Positions 10,145 through 19,973 are shown, numbered from the stretch's first letter. The stretch: DNA of 64,000 nt from an uncultured Acidobacteriota bacterium (GCA_963822445.1 CAWGHO010000002.1:160001-224000); one strand, 5' to 3'. The notes: generated by a model not told the origin, from the letters alone. Made by a program: numbers and translations.

Positions 10145-12808
10145 ATGCATCTCACATCGGGTACGCGCCTCGGCGCGTACGAGATCGTCGGCCCCATCGG
10201 CGCCGGCGGCATGGGCGAGGTCTATCGCGCACGCGACACGCGGCTCGATCGCACAGTCGCGCTGAAGATTCTGCCCGCCCGATTCGGTGAGAAGCCGGAG
10301 TTACGCGAGCGGTTCGAGCGTGAGACGCGCGTGGTGTCCAACCTCAATCACCCGAACATCTGCGCGCTGTACGACGTCGGCGAACAGGACGGCGTGGCGT
10401 ACTTCGTCATGGAGTATCTCGACGGGCAATCGCTCGCCGATCGCGTGAGTAACGGTCCGTTGCCGCTCGAGCAGGCCTTGCGTGTCGCCATCGACATCGC
10501 CAACGCGCTGGCCGTCGCCCATCGCCACGGCATCGTCCATCGCGATCTGAAACCGGGCAACGTCATGCTGACGAAGACCGGCGCGAAGCTCCTCGATTTC
10601 GGCCTGGCGCGCGCTTCGAGTGAAACCGCCGCTGTAAGACCCGACGATCCAACCGTCGCCGCGCAAACGCCTCTCACCGCTGAAGGAACGATCGTCGGGA
10701 CGCTGCAATACATGTCGCCGGAACAGCTCGAAGGCCGCGCTCTCGACGCCCGCAGCGACATCTTCGCGTTCGGCGCGGTGGTGTACGAGATGGTCACCGG
10801 ACGGCGGGCGTTTTCCGGAACGAGCCAGGCCACGCTGATCACCAGCATCATGTCCGGGACTCCGCGTCCCGTGCGCGAGCTGCAGCCCGTCACGCCGCTC
10901 GCACTCGAGCGGATCATCTCCCGCTGCCTCGAAAAGGATCCCGACAATCGCTGGCAGTGCGCGTCGGATCTGGTTGCGGAGCTCAGGACGATTTCCGCCG
11001 CCGCGAACGCGCCTCGCGAAACGACCCGACGCTCGATCCTGCCGTGGGCACTCGCTGCGCTGCTGCTCATCACCACAGCGGTGCTCGCGGCATTGCTCAT
11101 GCGACAACCTGCGCCGCGCCAGGAGCTGATCCGCTTCGACCTCACCGCCGCTTCACGCGACGTCTCGTTCGTCGGATTCGAGCCGCTGAACGTCGATCTC
11201 GCGGTCTCGCCCGACGGCACTCGCGTCGTCTACGTCGCGTTGCAGGGCAGCCGCCGCGCACTCTGGTTGCGAACGCTGACCGAGCCGAAGTCCAGGCTGA
11301 TCGAGGGCACGGCCAATGCCGAGGCTCCGTTCTGGTCACCGGATGGTAGATCGCTCGGGTTCTTCGCCATGGGCAAGCTCCAGGTGCTCGACGTCGGTTC
11401 AGGCACCGTGCGTACCGTGTGCGATCTGCAGACGAATGGCGCGCCTGCCGGCGCATGGTCGTCCGACGGATCGATCGTGATCACCGATGCCGTCCTGAAA
11501 GGCAACGTTCATGCGGTGGCGGCGGACGGCGGAGCTCCGAGACCGCTCTTTCCTCTTCCCGCCGGCTACACGTTCCACTTCCCGCAGTTTCTCAGCGACG
11601 GAAAACGATTCCTGTTCACGGCAAGCGACGCGAAGCGCCCGTCGCTCTGGCTCGGCTCGACGCAAGGCGGGCCGCCGAGGAAGATCGCGGACGACATCTC
11701 CCGCGTTCAGTTCGTCGCGCCTTACGCCGTCTTCGTTCACGACGGAACTCTGGTCGCGCAGCGATTCGATGAACGCGAGCTGGCGTTGACCGGTCCTCGC
11801 GTCCCGCTCGCGCATGACGTTCGGAACTACAAACATCTGGGCGGTTCCGCTCACGCGGCCGGAGGGCGAACCATCGTCGTGTTTCCTTTCGCCGATCCGG
11901 CACACGCGATCTGGATGGATCGAACCGGAAAGGTCATGGGAAACGCCGCGGCCGACGCCGACTACCACCAGGTTCGTGTCGCACGAGACGGCCGAAAGGC
12001 GCTGGCCGCGCTGATCGATCGCAAAACCGGATTGAGCGCGCTCTGGACACTCGACATCGCGCGAAAAAACCTGCGGCGAGCCAGCGTGGACGCGATCGAT
12101 CACGAGCGCCCGGTCTGGTCGCCCGACGGAACGCAGATCGCCTTCGTCTCCGATGTCGGCGGTTTGCCGCACATCTACGTTCACGACGTCGCAGGCGGCA
12201 ACAGCCGCGAGATCACGCCGGTCGGAAAACTTCAATTCACACGCGACTGGTCGGAAAGCGCCGGAATCATCTACGTCGAGTTCAGCGACCAGACCGGCAG
12301 CGACATCATGACCGTCTCGCCGCAGGACAAGACTCCGAAGGTCTGGCTGCGCACTCCGTTCAACGAACCGTCCGCACGCGTTTCACCGGACGGGCGATCG
12401 ATGGCCTTCATCTCCGACGAATCGGGAGCAGCGGAGCTCTACGTCGCACCCTTCGATCGGCCGCGAGACTCCGTCCGGTTGACCAGCGGCGGCGCGCGCC
12501 TTCCTGCCTGGAGCGGCGACGGCCGCGAGATCTACTTCCTGCGCGGGCGGCGGGAGATGTTTGCGGTCACGCCCACGGGCGAACCGGTTCACCTCTTCAC
12601 CACTACCGCCGACATCCTCGACTACGACGTCGCGCCGGACGGGCGCTTCCTGATTGCCCAGGCTGACGACCGTAGCGAGCAGAAACGGCTGCAGGTCATC
12701 GTGAACTGGCAGAGCGAGATCGAAAAAGACGCAATCATTTACTTCTTCCACCTTTCGATCTCCCGCCTGTCCTTCTTCGTCGGACGTCCCGCGCCGCGCT
12801 CGCGGTAG
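10145..12808 (+). CDS. Hanks-type Ser/Thr protein kinase with TM helix and TolB/PD40-like beta-propeller
   Basis: GAGGMGEVY, HRDLKPGN, DFG, GTLQYMSPE; repeated WSPDG motifs. Confidence 0.93.
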   Translation: MHLTSGTRLGAYEIVGPIGAGGMGEVYRARDTRLDRTVALKILPARFGEKPELRERFERETRVVSNLNHPNICALYDVGEQDGVAYFVMEYLDGQSLADRVSNGPLPLEQALRVAIDIANALAVAHRHGIVHRDLKPGNVMLTKTGAKLLDFGLARASSETAAVRPDDPTVAAQTPLTAEGTIVGTLQYMSPEQLEGRALDARSDIFAFGAVVYEMVTGRRAFSGTSQATLITSIMSGTPRPVRELQPVTPLALERIISRCLEKDPDNRWQCASDLVAELRTISAAANAPRETTRRSILPWALAALLLITTAVLAALLMRQPAPRQELIRFDLTAASRDVSFVGFEPLNVDLAVSPDGTRVVYVALQGSRRALWLRTLTEPKSRLIEGTANAEAPFWSPDGRSLGFFAMGKLQVLDVGSGTVRTVCDLQTNGAPAGAWSSDGSIVITDAVLKGNVHAVAADGGAPRPLFPLPAGYTFHFPQFLSDGKRFLFTASDAKRPSLWLGSTQGGPPRKIADDISRVQFVAPYAVFVHDGTLVAQRFDERELALTGPRVPLAHDVRNYKHLGGSAHAAGGRTIVVFPFADPAHAIWMDRTGKVMGNAAADADYHQVRVARDGRKALAALIDRKTGLSALWTLDIARKNLRRASVDAIDHERPVWSPDGTQIAFVSDVGGLPHIYVHDVAGGNSREITPVGKLQFTRDWSESAGIIYVEFSDQTGSDIMTVSPQDKTPKVWLRTPFNEPSARVSPDGRSMAFISDESGAAELYVAPFDRPRDSVRLTSGGARLPAWSGDGREIYFLRGRREMFAVTPTGEPVHLFTTTADILDYDVAPDGRFLIAQADDRSEQKRLQVIVNWQSEIEKDAIIYFFHLSISRLSFFVGRPAPRSR

Positions 12809-13101
12809 TCGGTCAACCCCTCCACCTTCTGAGGCTGGGGCGACTCGTCGATGTAGGCGGTTCGCCCATCCTCCTTCGACAACTGCTTTTCCGGGAGGAC
12901 CTGGACGATCACTTTCCGAAATCGTTCGCCGAGGTAGAACTCGATGATGTCGCCTTCGCGGACCGGGCTGGCGGGCTTGACGCGCTGGCCATTGATTTTG
13001 ACGTGCCCGCCCTTGCAAGCCTCGGTGGCTTCGGTCCTGTGCTTGAAGAGGCAGACCATCTTCAGCCATGCGTCGATTCGGTGACGGTCGGAGGGGCTCA
13101 T
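12739..13101 (-). CDS. hslR: Ribosome-associated heat shock protein Hsp15 (S4 domain)
   Basis: RIDAWL, ACKGGHVKING, KPAS.VREGD, GRPTKKDRR. Confidence 0.88.
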   Translation of the reverse strand: MSPSDRHRIDAWLKMVCLFKHRTEATEACKGGHVKINGQRVKPASPVREGDIIEFYLGERFRKVIVQVLPEKQLSKEDGRTAYIDESPQPQKVEGLTDYRERGAGRPTKKDRREIERWKK

Positions 13102-13139
13102 CGCGCAACTATCGTATAATCAGCGCCTTCGGAGGAACC

Positions 13140-13409
13140 ATGATCAAGGCGGACATCGTCAACAAAGTCGCTGAGACCTCGGAAATCTCGCGCGTGAAGG
13201 CCGCTCAGGCCGTCGACACCGTCATCGAGGGCCTCCGCAACGCGCTCGCGCGCGGACAGCGGATCGAGCTCCGCGGTTTCGGCGTGTTTCAGGTCAAGCA
13301 GCGCAAGAAAGGCATCGGCCGCAACCCCAAGACCGGCGTCGAGGTGAAGATCCCGCCGGGCAACACCATCCGCTTCAAGCCGGGCAAGGAGCTCCGGAAC
13401 CTGCTGTAA
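13140..13409 (+). CDS. HU/IHF-family DNA-binding protein
   Basis: IELRGFGVF, GRNPKTG, RFKPGKEL; GGAGG SD with TATAAT just upstream. Confidence 0.95.
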   Translation: MIKADIVNKVAETSEISRVKAAQAVDTVIEGLRNALARGQRIELRGFGVFQVKQRKKGIGRNPKTGVEVKIPPGNTIRFKPGKELRNLL

Positions 13410-13577
13410 ACAAGCGGCAAACCGGAAGGCGAGTGGCGCAACAACCGTCCGCCCGCTGCGTCATACGTAGCAGACAGACACACTCGCCGCACCGCAAACC
13501 CCCGACGGTGCACCCCAACCCTCCTCCCAGCCCTCCACCCACCCGCTGCAAAGGCAAGCAGCCGGTGGTCTGTTTAC

Positions 13578-13614
13578 CCCCGCCCAAAGGTAGGCCGGAG
13601 GCCCACACCACACC
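13578..13614. repeat. REP-like element, inverted copy of the left arm of the 33964 element
   Basis: Reverse complement ggtgtggtgtgggcctccggcctacctttgggcgggg vs ggtgtagtgtgggcctcaggcctacctctgggcgggg. Confidence 0.8.
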
Positions 13615-13630
13615 CGGTACAATCCGCGCC

Positions 13631-15172
13631 GTGCAGGCACAGCAGACCGTCCTCGTCCTCGATTTCGGCTCCCAATTCACGCAACTGATCGCCCGGCGGA
13701 TTCGCGAGAATCGCGTTTACTCCGTCGTCCATCCGTTCGACTTCTCCATCGCCAAAGCGAGAGAGATGGCGCCGAAAGCGATCATCTTCTCGGGCGGACC
13801 GCAGTCGGTCTACTCGGAGTCCGCGCCGCACTGCTCGAAGGAGATCTTCGAGCTGGGCATCCCCATCCTCGGCATCTGCTACGGCATGCAGCTCACCGCG
13901 TACCTGCTCGACGGCCGCGTCGAAGCCGCGATGGAACGTGAGTACGGCCGTGCCGAGATCGACGTCACCGCCGAGTCGCCGCTCTTCAGGAACACGCCCG
14001 ATCATCAGAAGGTCTGGGCCAGCCACGGCGACAGCATTCTCCAGGCGCCGCCCGGTTTCAAAGTGACGGCGACCTCGCCGAGCGCCCCCATCGCCGCGTT
14101 CGAGAATCGCGACCGCCGGTGCTACGGCATCCAGTTCCATCCCGAGGTCACGCATACCGAGGCGGGTGGACAGCTGTTGAAGAACTTCCTGTTCGACATC
14201 GCCGGCTGCGAGCCGAGCTGGGACCTCGGCGACTTCCGCCGCCGCAAGGTCGAAGAGATCCGGCAGCAGGTCGGCGACCGTCACGTCATCGCCGCGGTCA
14301 GCGGCGGCGTCGATTCATCGGTCGCGGCGTTGCTCGTCGCGGAGGCGATCGGCGATCAGCTCACCGCGATCTTCGTCGACAACGGCGTGCTTCGGAAACA
14401 TGAGCCGATGCAGGTCGTCTCGCGCCTTTCCGAAGGCCTGGGCATGCACATCGTGGCCGTCGATGGACGCGACCGTTTTTACGAGCGGCTCGCCGGGATC
14501 GAAGAGCCGGAAGCGAAGCGGAAGAAGATCGGCAACGAATTCATCGCCGTGTTCGAGGAAGAAGCAAGGCGCATCCCCAACGTCGAGTTTCTGGTGCAGG
14601 GAACGCTCTACCCCGACGTCATCGAGTCGGTCTCGATCAAAGGTCCCTCCGCGGTCATCAAGACCCATCACAACGTCGGCGGATTGCCGGAAAAGATGGG
14701 CCTAAAGTTGATCGAGCCCGTTCGCGAGCTGTTCAAAGACGAAGTGCGGCAGCTCGGCATCGAGCTCGGACTGGAAGAGGAATTCGTCTGGCGCCATCCC
14801 TTCCCAGGGCCCGGCCTGGCCGTGCGCATCCTCGGCGAAGTGAACGCCGAGCGCGTCGAGATTCTGCAGAACGCCGACGAGATCGTGATCGACGAGATCC
14901 GCAAAGCCGGTCTGTATCGCGACATTGCCCAGGCATTCGCGGTTCTACTCCCTGTGCGGAGCGTCGGCGTGATGGGCGATGAGCGGACGTACGAAAACGT
15001 ACTGGCCGTTCGCGCCGTCACGACGACAGACTTCATGACCGCGGACTGGTACCGCATGCCCCACGAGCTGCTCGACCGGATGTCGCGCCGCATCGTGAAC
15101 GAGGTGCGCGGCATCAACCGCGTGGTGTACGACATCTCCTCCAAGCCGCCCAGCACGATCGAGTGGGAGTAA
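13631..15172 (+). CDS. guaA: GMP synthase (glutamine-hydrolysing)
   Basis: LDFGSQFTQLIARR, GICYGMQ, QFHPEV, SGGVDSSV, SKPPSTIEWE. Confidence 0.98.
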   Translation: MQAQQTVLVLDFGSQFTQLIARRIRENRVYSVVHPFDFSIAKAREMAPKAIIFSGGPQSVYSESAPHCSKEIFELGIPILGICYGMQLTAYLLDGRVEAAMEREYGRAEIDVTAESPLFRNTPDHQKVWASHGDSILQAPPGFKVTATSPSAPIAAFENRDRRCYGIQFHPEVTHTEAGGQLLKNFLFDIAGCEPSWDLGDFRRRKVEEIRQQVGDRHVIAAVSGGVDSSVAALLVAEAIGDQLTAIFVDNGVLRKHEPMQVVSRLSEGLGMHIVAVDGRDRFYERLAGIEEPEAKRKKIGNEFIAVFEEEARRIPNVEFLVQGTLYPDVIESVSIKGPSAVIKTHHNVGGLPEKMGLKLIEPVRELFKDEVRQLGIELGLEEEFVWRHPFPGPGLAVRILGEVNAERVEILQNADEIVIDEIRKAGLYRDIAQAFAVLLPVRSVGVMGDERTYENVLAVRAVTTTDFMTADWYRMPHELLDRMSRRIVNEVRGINRVVYDISSKPPSTIEWE

Positions 15173-15328
15173 ATAACTTTTCGCCGACCTGGTGCGTCCG
15201 TCATTCCTGACTCTCTTAAGTCACGAAATGTCTCTACTCCCATTCGGTGGATGGACGCATCGTGACAACAAGTCGATCGGCCGAATGAACGGAATCCGTA
15301 AAAGAAAATTCAGTTGCACATCTGATCC

Positions 15329-15349
15329 TGCGTAAGCGATAGTTACGCA
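15329..15349. promoter_or_regulatory. Palindromic operator-like site TGCGTAA-N7-TTACGCA over a candidate promoter
   Basis: 7-bp inverted repeat downstream of TTGCAC in the AT-rich leader of the 15449 gene. Confidence 0.4.
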
Positions 15350-15448
15350 TCCGCGTCTAAATCGAGAGTCCAAAAATCCGCAACACACATACGGCAGGCG
15401 TACTGGCGTGTGTGACCCCGTCTTACTCGTAACAGGAGGAGAGCAGAG

Positions 15449-17194
15449 ATGAACCGTTCCCTTATTACCAGGCTTGCTGCAGTACTACTCGTAGTTGCCA
15501 TGCCGGCATTCGCGTTCGCGATCGGTAAGCCGTCCGCAGTCGGTGGTTCCATGAGCTGGGACATCGACGTGAGCGGCCATGAGAGCATCGTCCTGACCGT
15601 GCAGCATGACGGTGAGATCTACACGAAGACGTTCAAGGCCGGAAAGGCCGTCGTGTTCAATCTCAAGGACATGCCCTCCGACGTGCCGGTCGACGGCCCG
15701 TACGACTACCAGCTCAGCGTCGTTCCGAACATTTCGCCCGGCTTGAAGAAGCAGCTCGAAGCCGCGCGCGCCACCGGAGATGAGAAGGCCTCGCAGAAGG
15801 TCTTCAAGGCCGCGGGGATCGTCGTCCCCCAGCCGCAGTCGGGTACGTTCACCGTCCTGAACGGCTCGATCGTCGATCCGAACGCAACCGAGGGCGGAAA
15901 CAACGCCCGTGTCGGCACGCCGACCTCGGACGGCGTTCGCTCCTCGCCGAGCCTGAGCGGCCCGGCGTCGCGCTTCAAACCGGAAGTTCTCGACCAGGTC
16001 ATTCCTGACGACCTGATCGTGCAGGGCAGCATCTGCACCGGTTTCGACTGCGTCAACAACGAGTCCTTCGGCGTCGATACGATCAAACTGAAAGAAAACA
16101 ACCTGCGCATCTTCTTCGAAGACACGTCGACGTCCGCGGGATTTGCGTCGAACGACTGGCGGATCGTCGCCAATGACCAGCCCAGCGGTGGCGCGAACAA
16201 GTTCGCCATCGAAGACGCGACGGCTGCCCGAACCCCGATGACGATCGAGGCTGACGCTCCGGCGAACGCGCTCTATGTCGACAGCACCGGCAACATCGGC
16301 CTCCAGCAGAGCGCCCCGGGCCTGGATCTGCATATCACCACCAGCGACACGCCGGCCATGCGCTACGAACAGACCAATGCGGGCGGCTTCACCGCCCAGA
16401 CCTGGGACATCGGCGCGAACGAAGCGAACTTCTTCGTCCGCGATGTAACTGGCGGCTCGCGCCTGTCCTTCCGCATCCGCCCGGGTGCGCCGACCAGCTC
16501 GGTCGACATCGCCGCCGACGGTGACGTCGGTATCGGTACGGCCTCGCCGAGAGCGAAGCTCCACGTGATGGGCACGGGCGCGGTCACCACGTTCCCGACG
16601 TCCGTGGGTGCCGCCGACTTCATCGTCGTCGAGAACAATGGCAATGCGAACCTGGCGCTCGTCGGCTCGGCCACGGGCCAGTCGCTCGTTCGCTTCACCC
16701 ATGACGGCTCCACGATCACCGACGGCGCGCTGACCTACAACTACTCGACCAACGCGATGACGTTCATCACCAACGACGCCGAGCGCGCGCGCATCGACAC
16801 GAACGGCAGCATGGGCATCGGCACCACCAGCCCGTCCTCCCGTCTTCATGTGAATGGCGGCGACGTGCGCGTCAGCGGCGGCAGCTTCATCGACGACGGC
16901 GTCACCCTGAACGCGCCCGACTACGTGTTCGACGAGTCGTACAAGCTCATGTCGATCGACGAGCTGGCCTCCTTCATCAAGACCGAGAAGCACCTCCCGA
17001 ACGTCCCGAGCGCGACGGAGTTCAAGGCCAAGGGCATCAACCTCTCGAAGCTCGGTTTCAACCTGCTCGAGAAGGTCGAAGAGCTCACGCTCTACACGGT
17101 CGCGCAGCATGAGCAGATCGGAACGCTCAAGGCGCAGAACCAGGAACTTCTGGACCGCCTGGCGGCCCTGGAAGCGAAAGTCTCGAAGCAGTAA
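15449..17194 (+). CDS. Secreted tail-fibre/spike-like protein with C-terminal chaperone-like coiled-coil domain
   Basis: AGGAGG SD; Sec signal; GxxGIGTxSP-type repeats; PDYVF...HLPNVPSA...LLEKVEELTLY then coiled coil. Confidence 0.7.
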   Translation: MNRSLITRLAAVLLVVAMPAFAFAIGKPSAVGGSMSWDIDVSGHESIVLTVQHDGEIYTKTFKAGKAVVFNLKDMPSDVPVDGPYDYQLSVVPNISPGLKKQLEAARATGDEKASQKVFKAAGIVVPQPQSGTFTVLNGSIVDPNATEGGNNARVGTPTSDGVRSSPSLSGPASRFKPEVLDQVIPDDLIVQGSICTGFDCVNNESFGVDTIKLKENNLRIFFEDTSTSAGFASNDWRIVANDQPSGGANKFAIEDATAARTPMTIEADAPANALYVDSTGNIGLQQSAPGLDLHITTSDTPAMRYEQTNAGGFTAQTWDIGANEANFFVRDVTGGSRLSFRIRPGAPTSSVDIAADGDVGIGTASPRAKLHVMGTGAVTTFPTSVGAADFIVVENNGNANLALVGSATGQSLVRFTHDGSTITDGALTYNYSTNAMTFITNDAERARIDTNGSMGIGTTSPSSRLHVNGGDVRVSGGSFIDDGVTLNAPDYVFDESYKLMSIDELASFIKTEKHLPNVPSATEFKAKGINLSKLGFNLLEKVEELTLYTVAQHEQIGTLKAQNQELLDRLAALEAKVSKQ

Positions 17195-17217
17195 CTCCCG
17201 CTCCATCGCTCTAACCG

Positions 17218-17252
17218 AACGGCCGCCGGGCAACCGGCGGCCGTTTTGTTTT
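17218..17252 (+). terminator. Intrinsic terminator of the 15449 gene
   Basis: aacggccgccgg gcaa ccggcggccgtt followed by a T tract. Confidence 0.85.
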
Positions 17253-17261
17253 GCGCGAACG

Positions 17262-17298
17262 AAAAAAATGGGGCGCGGTCGGAAGAACCGCGCCCCAC
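17262..17298 (-). terminator. Intrinsic terminator for the ftsZ/dcw transcript
   Basis: Minus strand tggggcgcggt tcttccg accgcgcccca then TTTTTTT. Confidence 0.85.
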
Positions 17299-17398
17299 CA
17301 GGGAGCAGTGGTTCAGGGGCCCTCTCCCCTGAACCGATTTGGCGCATAGGAGGGATGCGCCATGCCGGGCGATGGTCCGGCATTCAAAGCTGTCGTTT

Positions 17399-18691
17399 CT
17401 AGTCGCTCAAATTGCGAATCACCGTCGGAATATCGAGGTCATTGCCGAAATCATTCGACGCCATCGGTCCGAACCCGCCGGAACCGTCGGGCCGGGTGAA
17501 GCCGCGCCGAAAAAACGGGGGATCGTAAATCTCGCCTTCCGCGCCTACCTGCTGCGGGATCGGCTCTTCGTGCTGCGCCGCGATGTCCTTCGGCGCGAAC
17601 GGACGGAACGGAACGGATGGCTGCTGCGGCTCGCGCGAGCTCGGACGCGACGTCGTCTGCGATGACAACGATTCGCCGCGCGAATTCAGCAGACCCTTCG
17701 TCGCCGCGTCGAAACCGGTGGCGATGACCGTCACCTTCACTTCGTCCTTCATCCGCGGATCGATGACCGTGCCGAAGATGATGTTCGCCTCTTCGTCCGC
17801 CGCTTCCTGAATGACCGACGCGGCTTCGTGGACTTCGAACAGAGTCATGTCCGGGCCGCCGGTGATGTTGATCAGGACGCCCTTCGCCCCTTCGATCGAC
17901 GCTTCCTCGAGGAGAGGAGACGAAATGGCCCGCTGCGCCGCTTCCACCGCGCGATGCTCGCCCGACGACACGCCCGTGCCCATGAGGGCCATGCCCATGC
18001 CGTGCATGATCGTCTTCACGTCCGCGAAGTCGAGGTTGATCTCGCCGGGGACGGTGATCAGATCGGAGATGCCCTGCACAGCCTGCCGGAGGATGTCGTC
18101 CGCGATCTTGAATGCCTCGTTGAGCGACGTTCCCCGCTCTACGAAATTCAGCAGGCGCTCGTTGGGAATGGTGATGAGCGTGTCGACCGTATCGCGTAGC
18201 GAGCGGATGCCCTGCTCGGCCTGCACCCGGCGGCGCTTTCCTTCGAAGCCGAACGGCTTGGTCACCACGGCGACCGTCAGCGATCCGAGCTCCGCGGCCA
18301 GCGACGCGATGATCGGCGCCGCACCGGTGCCCGTTCCACCACCCATACCGGTGGTGATGAAGATCATGTCCGCGCCGGAGAGCGCTTCGAGAATGCGATC
18401 GGTGTCTTCGAGCGCGGCCTGCTTGCCGATCTCGGGATTCGCGCCGGCGCCGAGGCCTTTGGTCAGCTTGCCGCCGATCTGCAGCTTGATCGGTGCGAGC
18501 GAGGCGCGCATGGCCTGAAGATCGGTATTGGCGACGAGGAACTCGACGCCTTTGATCCCGGCCTGGATCATCCGGTTGACTGCGTTGCCGCCACCGCCAC
18601 CCACACCCACGACCTTGATTTTGGCGCCGAGATGCTCTTCGTCGAGCGTGATCAGCGAGCCGTCTCCGGGTCGTTCGTCAAACGTAATCAT
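17399..18691 (-). CDS. ftsZ: Cell division protein FtsZ
   Basis: [27 protein letters not shown]-terminal DLDIPTVIR. Confidence 0.98.
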   Translation of the reverse strand: MITFDERPGDGSLITLDEEHLGAKIKVVGVGGGGGNAVNRMIQAGIKGVEFLVANTDLQAMRASLAPIKLQIGGKLTKGLGAGANPEIGKQAALEDTDRILEALSGADMIFITTGMGGGTGTGAAPIIASLAAELGSLTVAVVTKPFGFEGKRRRVQAEQGIRSLRDTVDTLITIPNERLLNFVERGTSLNEAFKIADDILRQAVQGISDLITVPGEINLDFADVKTIMHGMGMALMGTGVSSGEHRAVEAAQRAISSPLLEEASIEGAKGVLINITGGPDMTLFEVHEAASVIQEAADEEANIIFGTVIDPRMKDEVKVTVIATGFDAATKGLLNSRGESLSSQTTSRPSSREPQQPSVPFRPFAPKDIAAQHEEPIPQQVGAEGEIYDPPFFRRGFTRPDGSGGFGPMASNDFGNDLDIPTVIRNLSD

Positions 18692-18706
18692 TTAATGTCT
18701 CCCGAG

Positions 18707-18734
18707 ATGGTACGAATATTCATAAGAAATTCAA
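18707..18734 (-). promoter_or_regulatory. Candidate internal sigma-70 promoter for ftsZ
   Basis: TTGAAT-N16-TACCAT in an AT-rich ftsA-ftsZ spacer. Confidence 0.45.
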
Positions 18735-18743
18735 ACTTAATTT

Positions 18744-19973
18744 TCATGACCACGCGAAGAGTGACTTGAACTGATCGGCCACCTTCTGCAGCCCCTTGCG
18801 CGGGCGCTTGCGCACGCGCGACTGATCCTTGAATCCCCAAAGCAGCAGACCCGCGGCCGCGGCCCACTCCGGTCCGTTGACCGTGTCCGCCAGTCCGCCC
18901 AGCCCGCGGGGCACGCCCTTGCGCGCCGACTGGTCGAACACCTGCTCGACCATCTCCACCATGCCGTCCATCTCCGCGCCGCCGCCCACGAGGACGACGC
19001 CGGAGCGGATCTCTTTCTCCAGCCCGACCTTCTCCAGATCGCGGTAGACGAGCTTCGCCAGCTCGGCCGCGCGCGGCTCCAGGATTCCGGTGAGCTCCTG
19101 CTTGGAGAGGATCTTCGGCGCGCGTCCACCGACGGTCGGCACTTCGATCGGGTCGTCGACCATCACCAGCGACGAGAGCACGCATCCGTAGCGTTTCTTG
19201 ATCCGCTCCGCGTCTTCCATCGGCGTCCGCAGCACCACCGAGATGTCGCTGGTGAAGTGTCCCGCGCCGACCGGCAGCACGTTCGTGTGCACGACGTTGC
19301 CTTCGAGGAACACCGCGTAATCGGTGGTGCCGCCGCCGAGGTCCATGAGCAGCACGCCCATTTCCCGCTCGTCCTGCGTGAGCACCGCCTCGGCCGCCGC
19401 GAGCTGCTCCAGCACGAGCTCCTGCACGGCGATCCCGGCCTTGTTCACGCAGGTGAGCACGTTCTGGTTGTGCGTCCGCGCGCCGGTGACGATGTGGACG
19501 TTCGCCTCGAGGCGCGTCGCGTTCATCCCCAGCGGATCGTGAATGCCGTCCTGGCCGTCGACGATGAACTCGCGCGGGATGACATGAAGCAGCTCGAGCT
19601 CGGCCGGGATGTTGATCGACTTCGACGCCTCGATCACGCGGTCGATGTCTTCCCGTCCGATCTCTTTGTGCTTGCCCATCACCGAGACCACCCCGCGGGA
19701 GTTGACCGAGCGGATGTGATCGCCGGCCACGCCGACGTACACGGACTCGATCTGCAGACCCGCCATCACCTCGGCCTCGTCGACCGCTTTTTTGACGGCA
19801 TCGATGGCCTGATCGAGGTTGATGATGTTTCCGCGGCGGGTGCCCTTCATCGGCGAGGTGCCCTTGCCGATGATCTCCAGCTGGCCGCGGTCGCTGATCT
19901 CACCGACCAGCGCGCATGCCTTGGAGGTCCCGATGTCGAGGGCGACGATGTACTTCTCTTCAGTTCTGGCCAT
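18744..19973 (-). CDS. ftsA: Cell division protein FtsA
   Basis: ALDIGTSK, DLGGGTTD, AERIKKRYG, VLVGGGA. Confidence 0.97.
   Translation of the reverse strand: MARTEEKYIVALDIGTSKACALVGEISDRGQLEIIGKGTSPMKGTRRGNIINLDQAIDAVKKAVDEAEVMAGLQIESVYVGVAGDHIRSVNSRGVVSVMGKHKEIGREDIDRVIEASKSINIPAELELLHVIPREFIVDGQDGIHDPLGMNATRLEANVHIVTGARTHNQNVLTCVNKAGIAVQELVLEQLAAAEAVLTQDEREMGVLLMDLGGGTTDYAVFLEGNVVHTNVLPVGAGHFTSDISVVLRTPMEDAERIKKRYGCVLSSLVMVDDPIEVPTVGGRAPKILSKQELTGILEPRAAELAKLVYRDLEKVGLEKEIRSGVVLVGGGAEMDGMVEMVEQVFDQSARKGVPRGLGGLADTVNGPEWAAAAGLLLWGFKDQSRVRKRPRKGLQKVADQFKSLFAWS

Noticed and set aside
15449-17194. Prophage remnant
   Set aside because: There is only one fibre-like gene, it has a signal peptide, and no integrase, capsid, terminase or att sites are visible.
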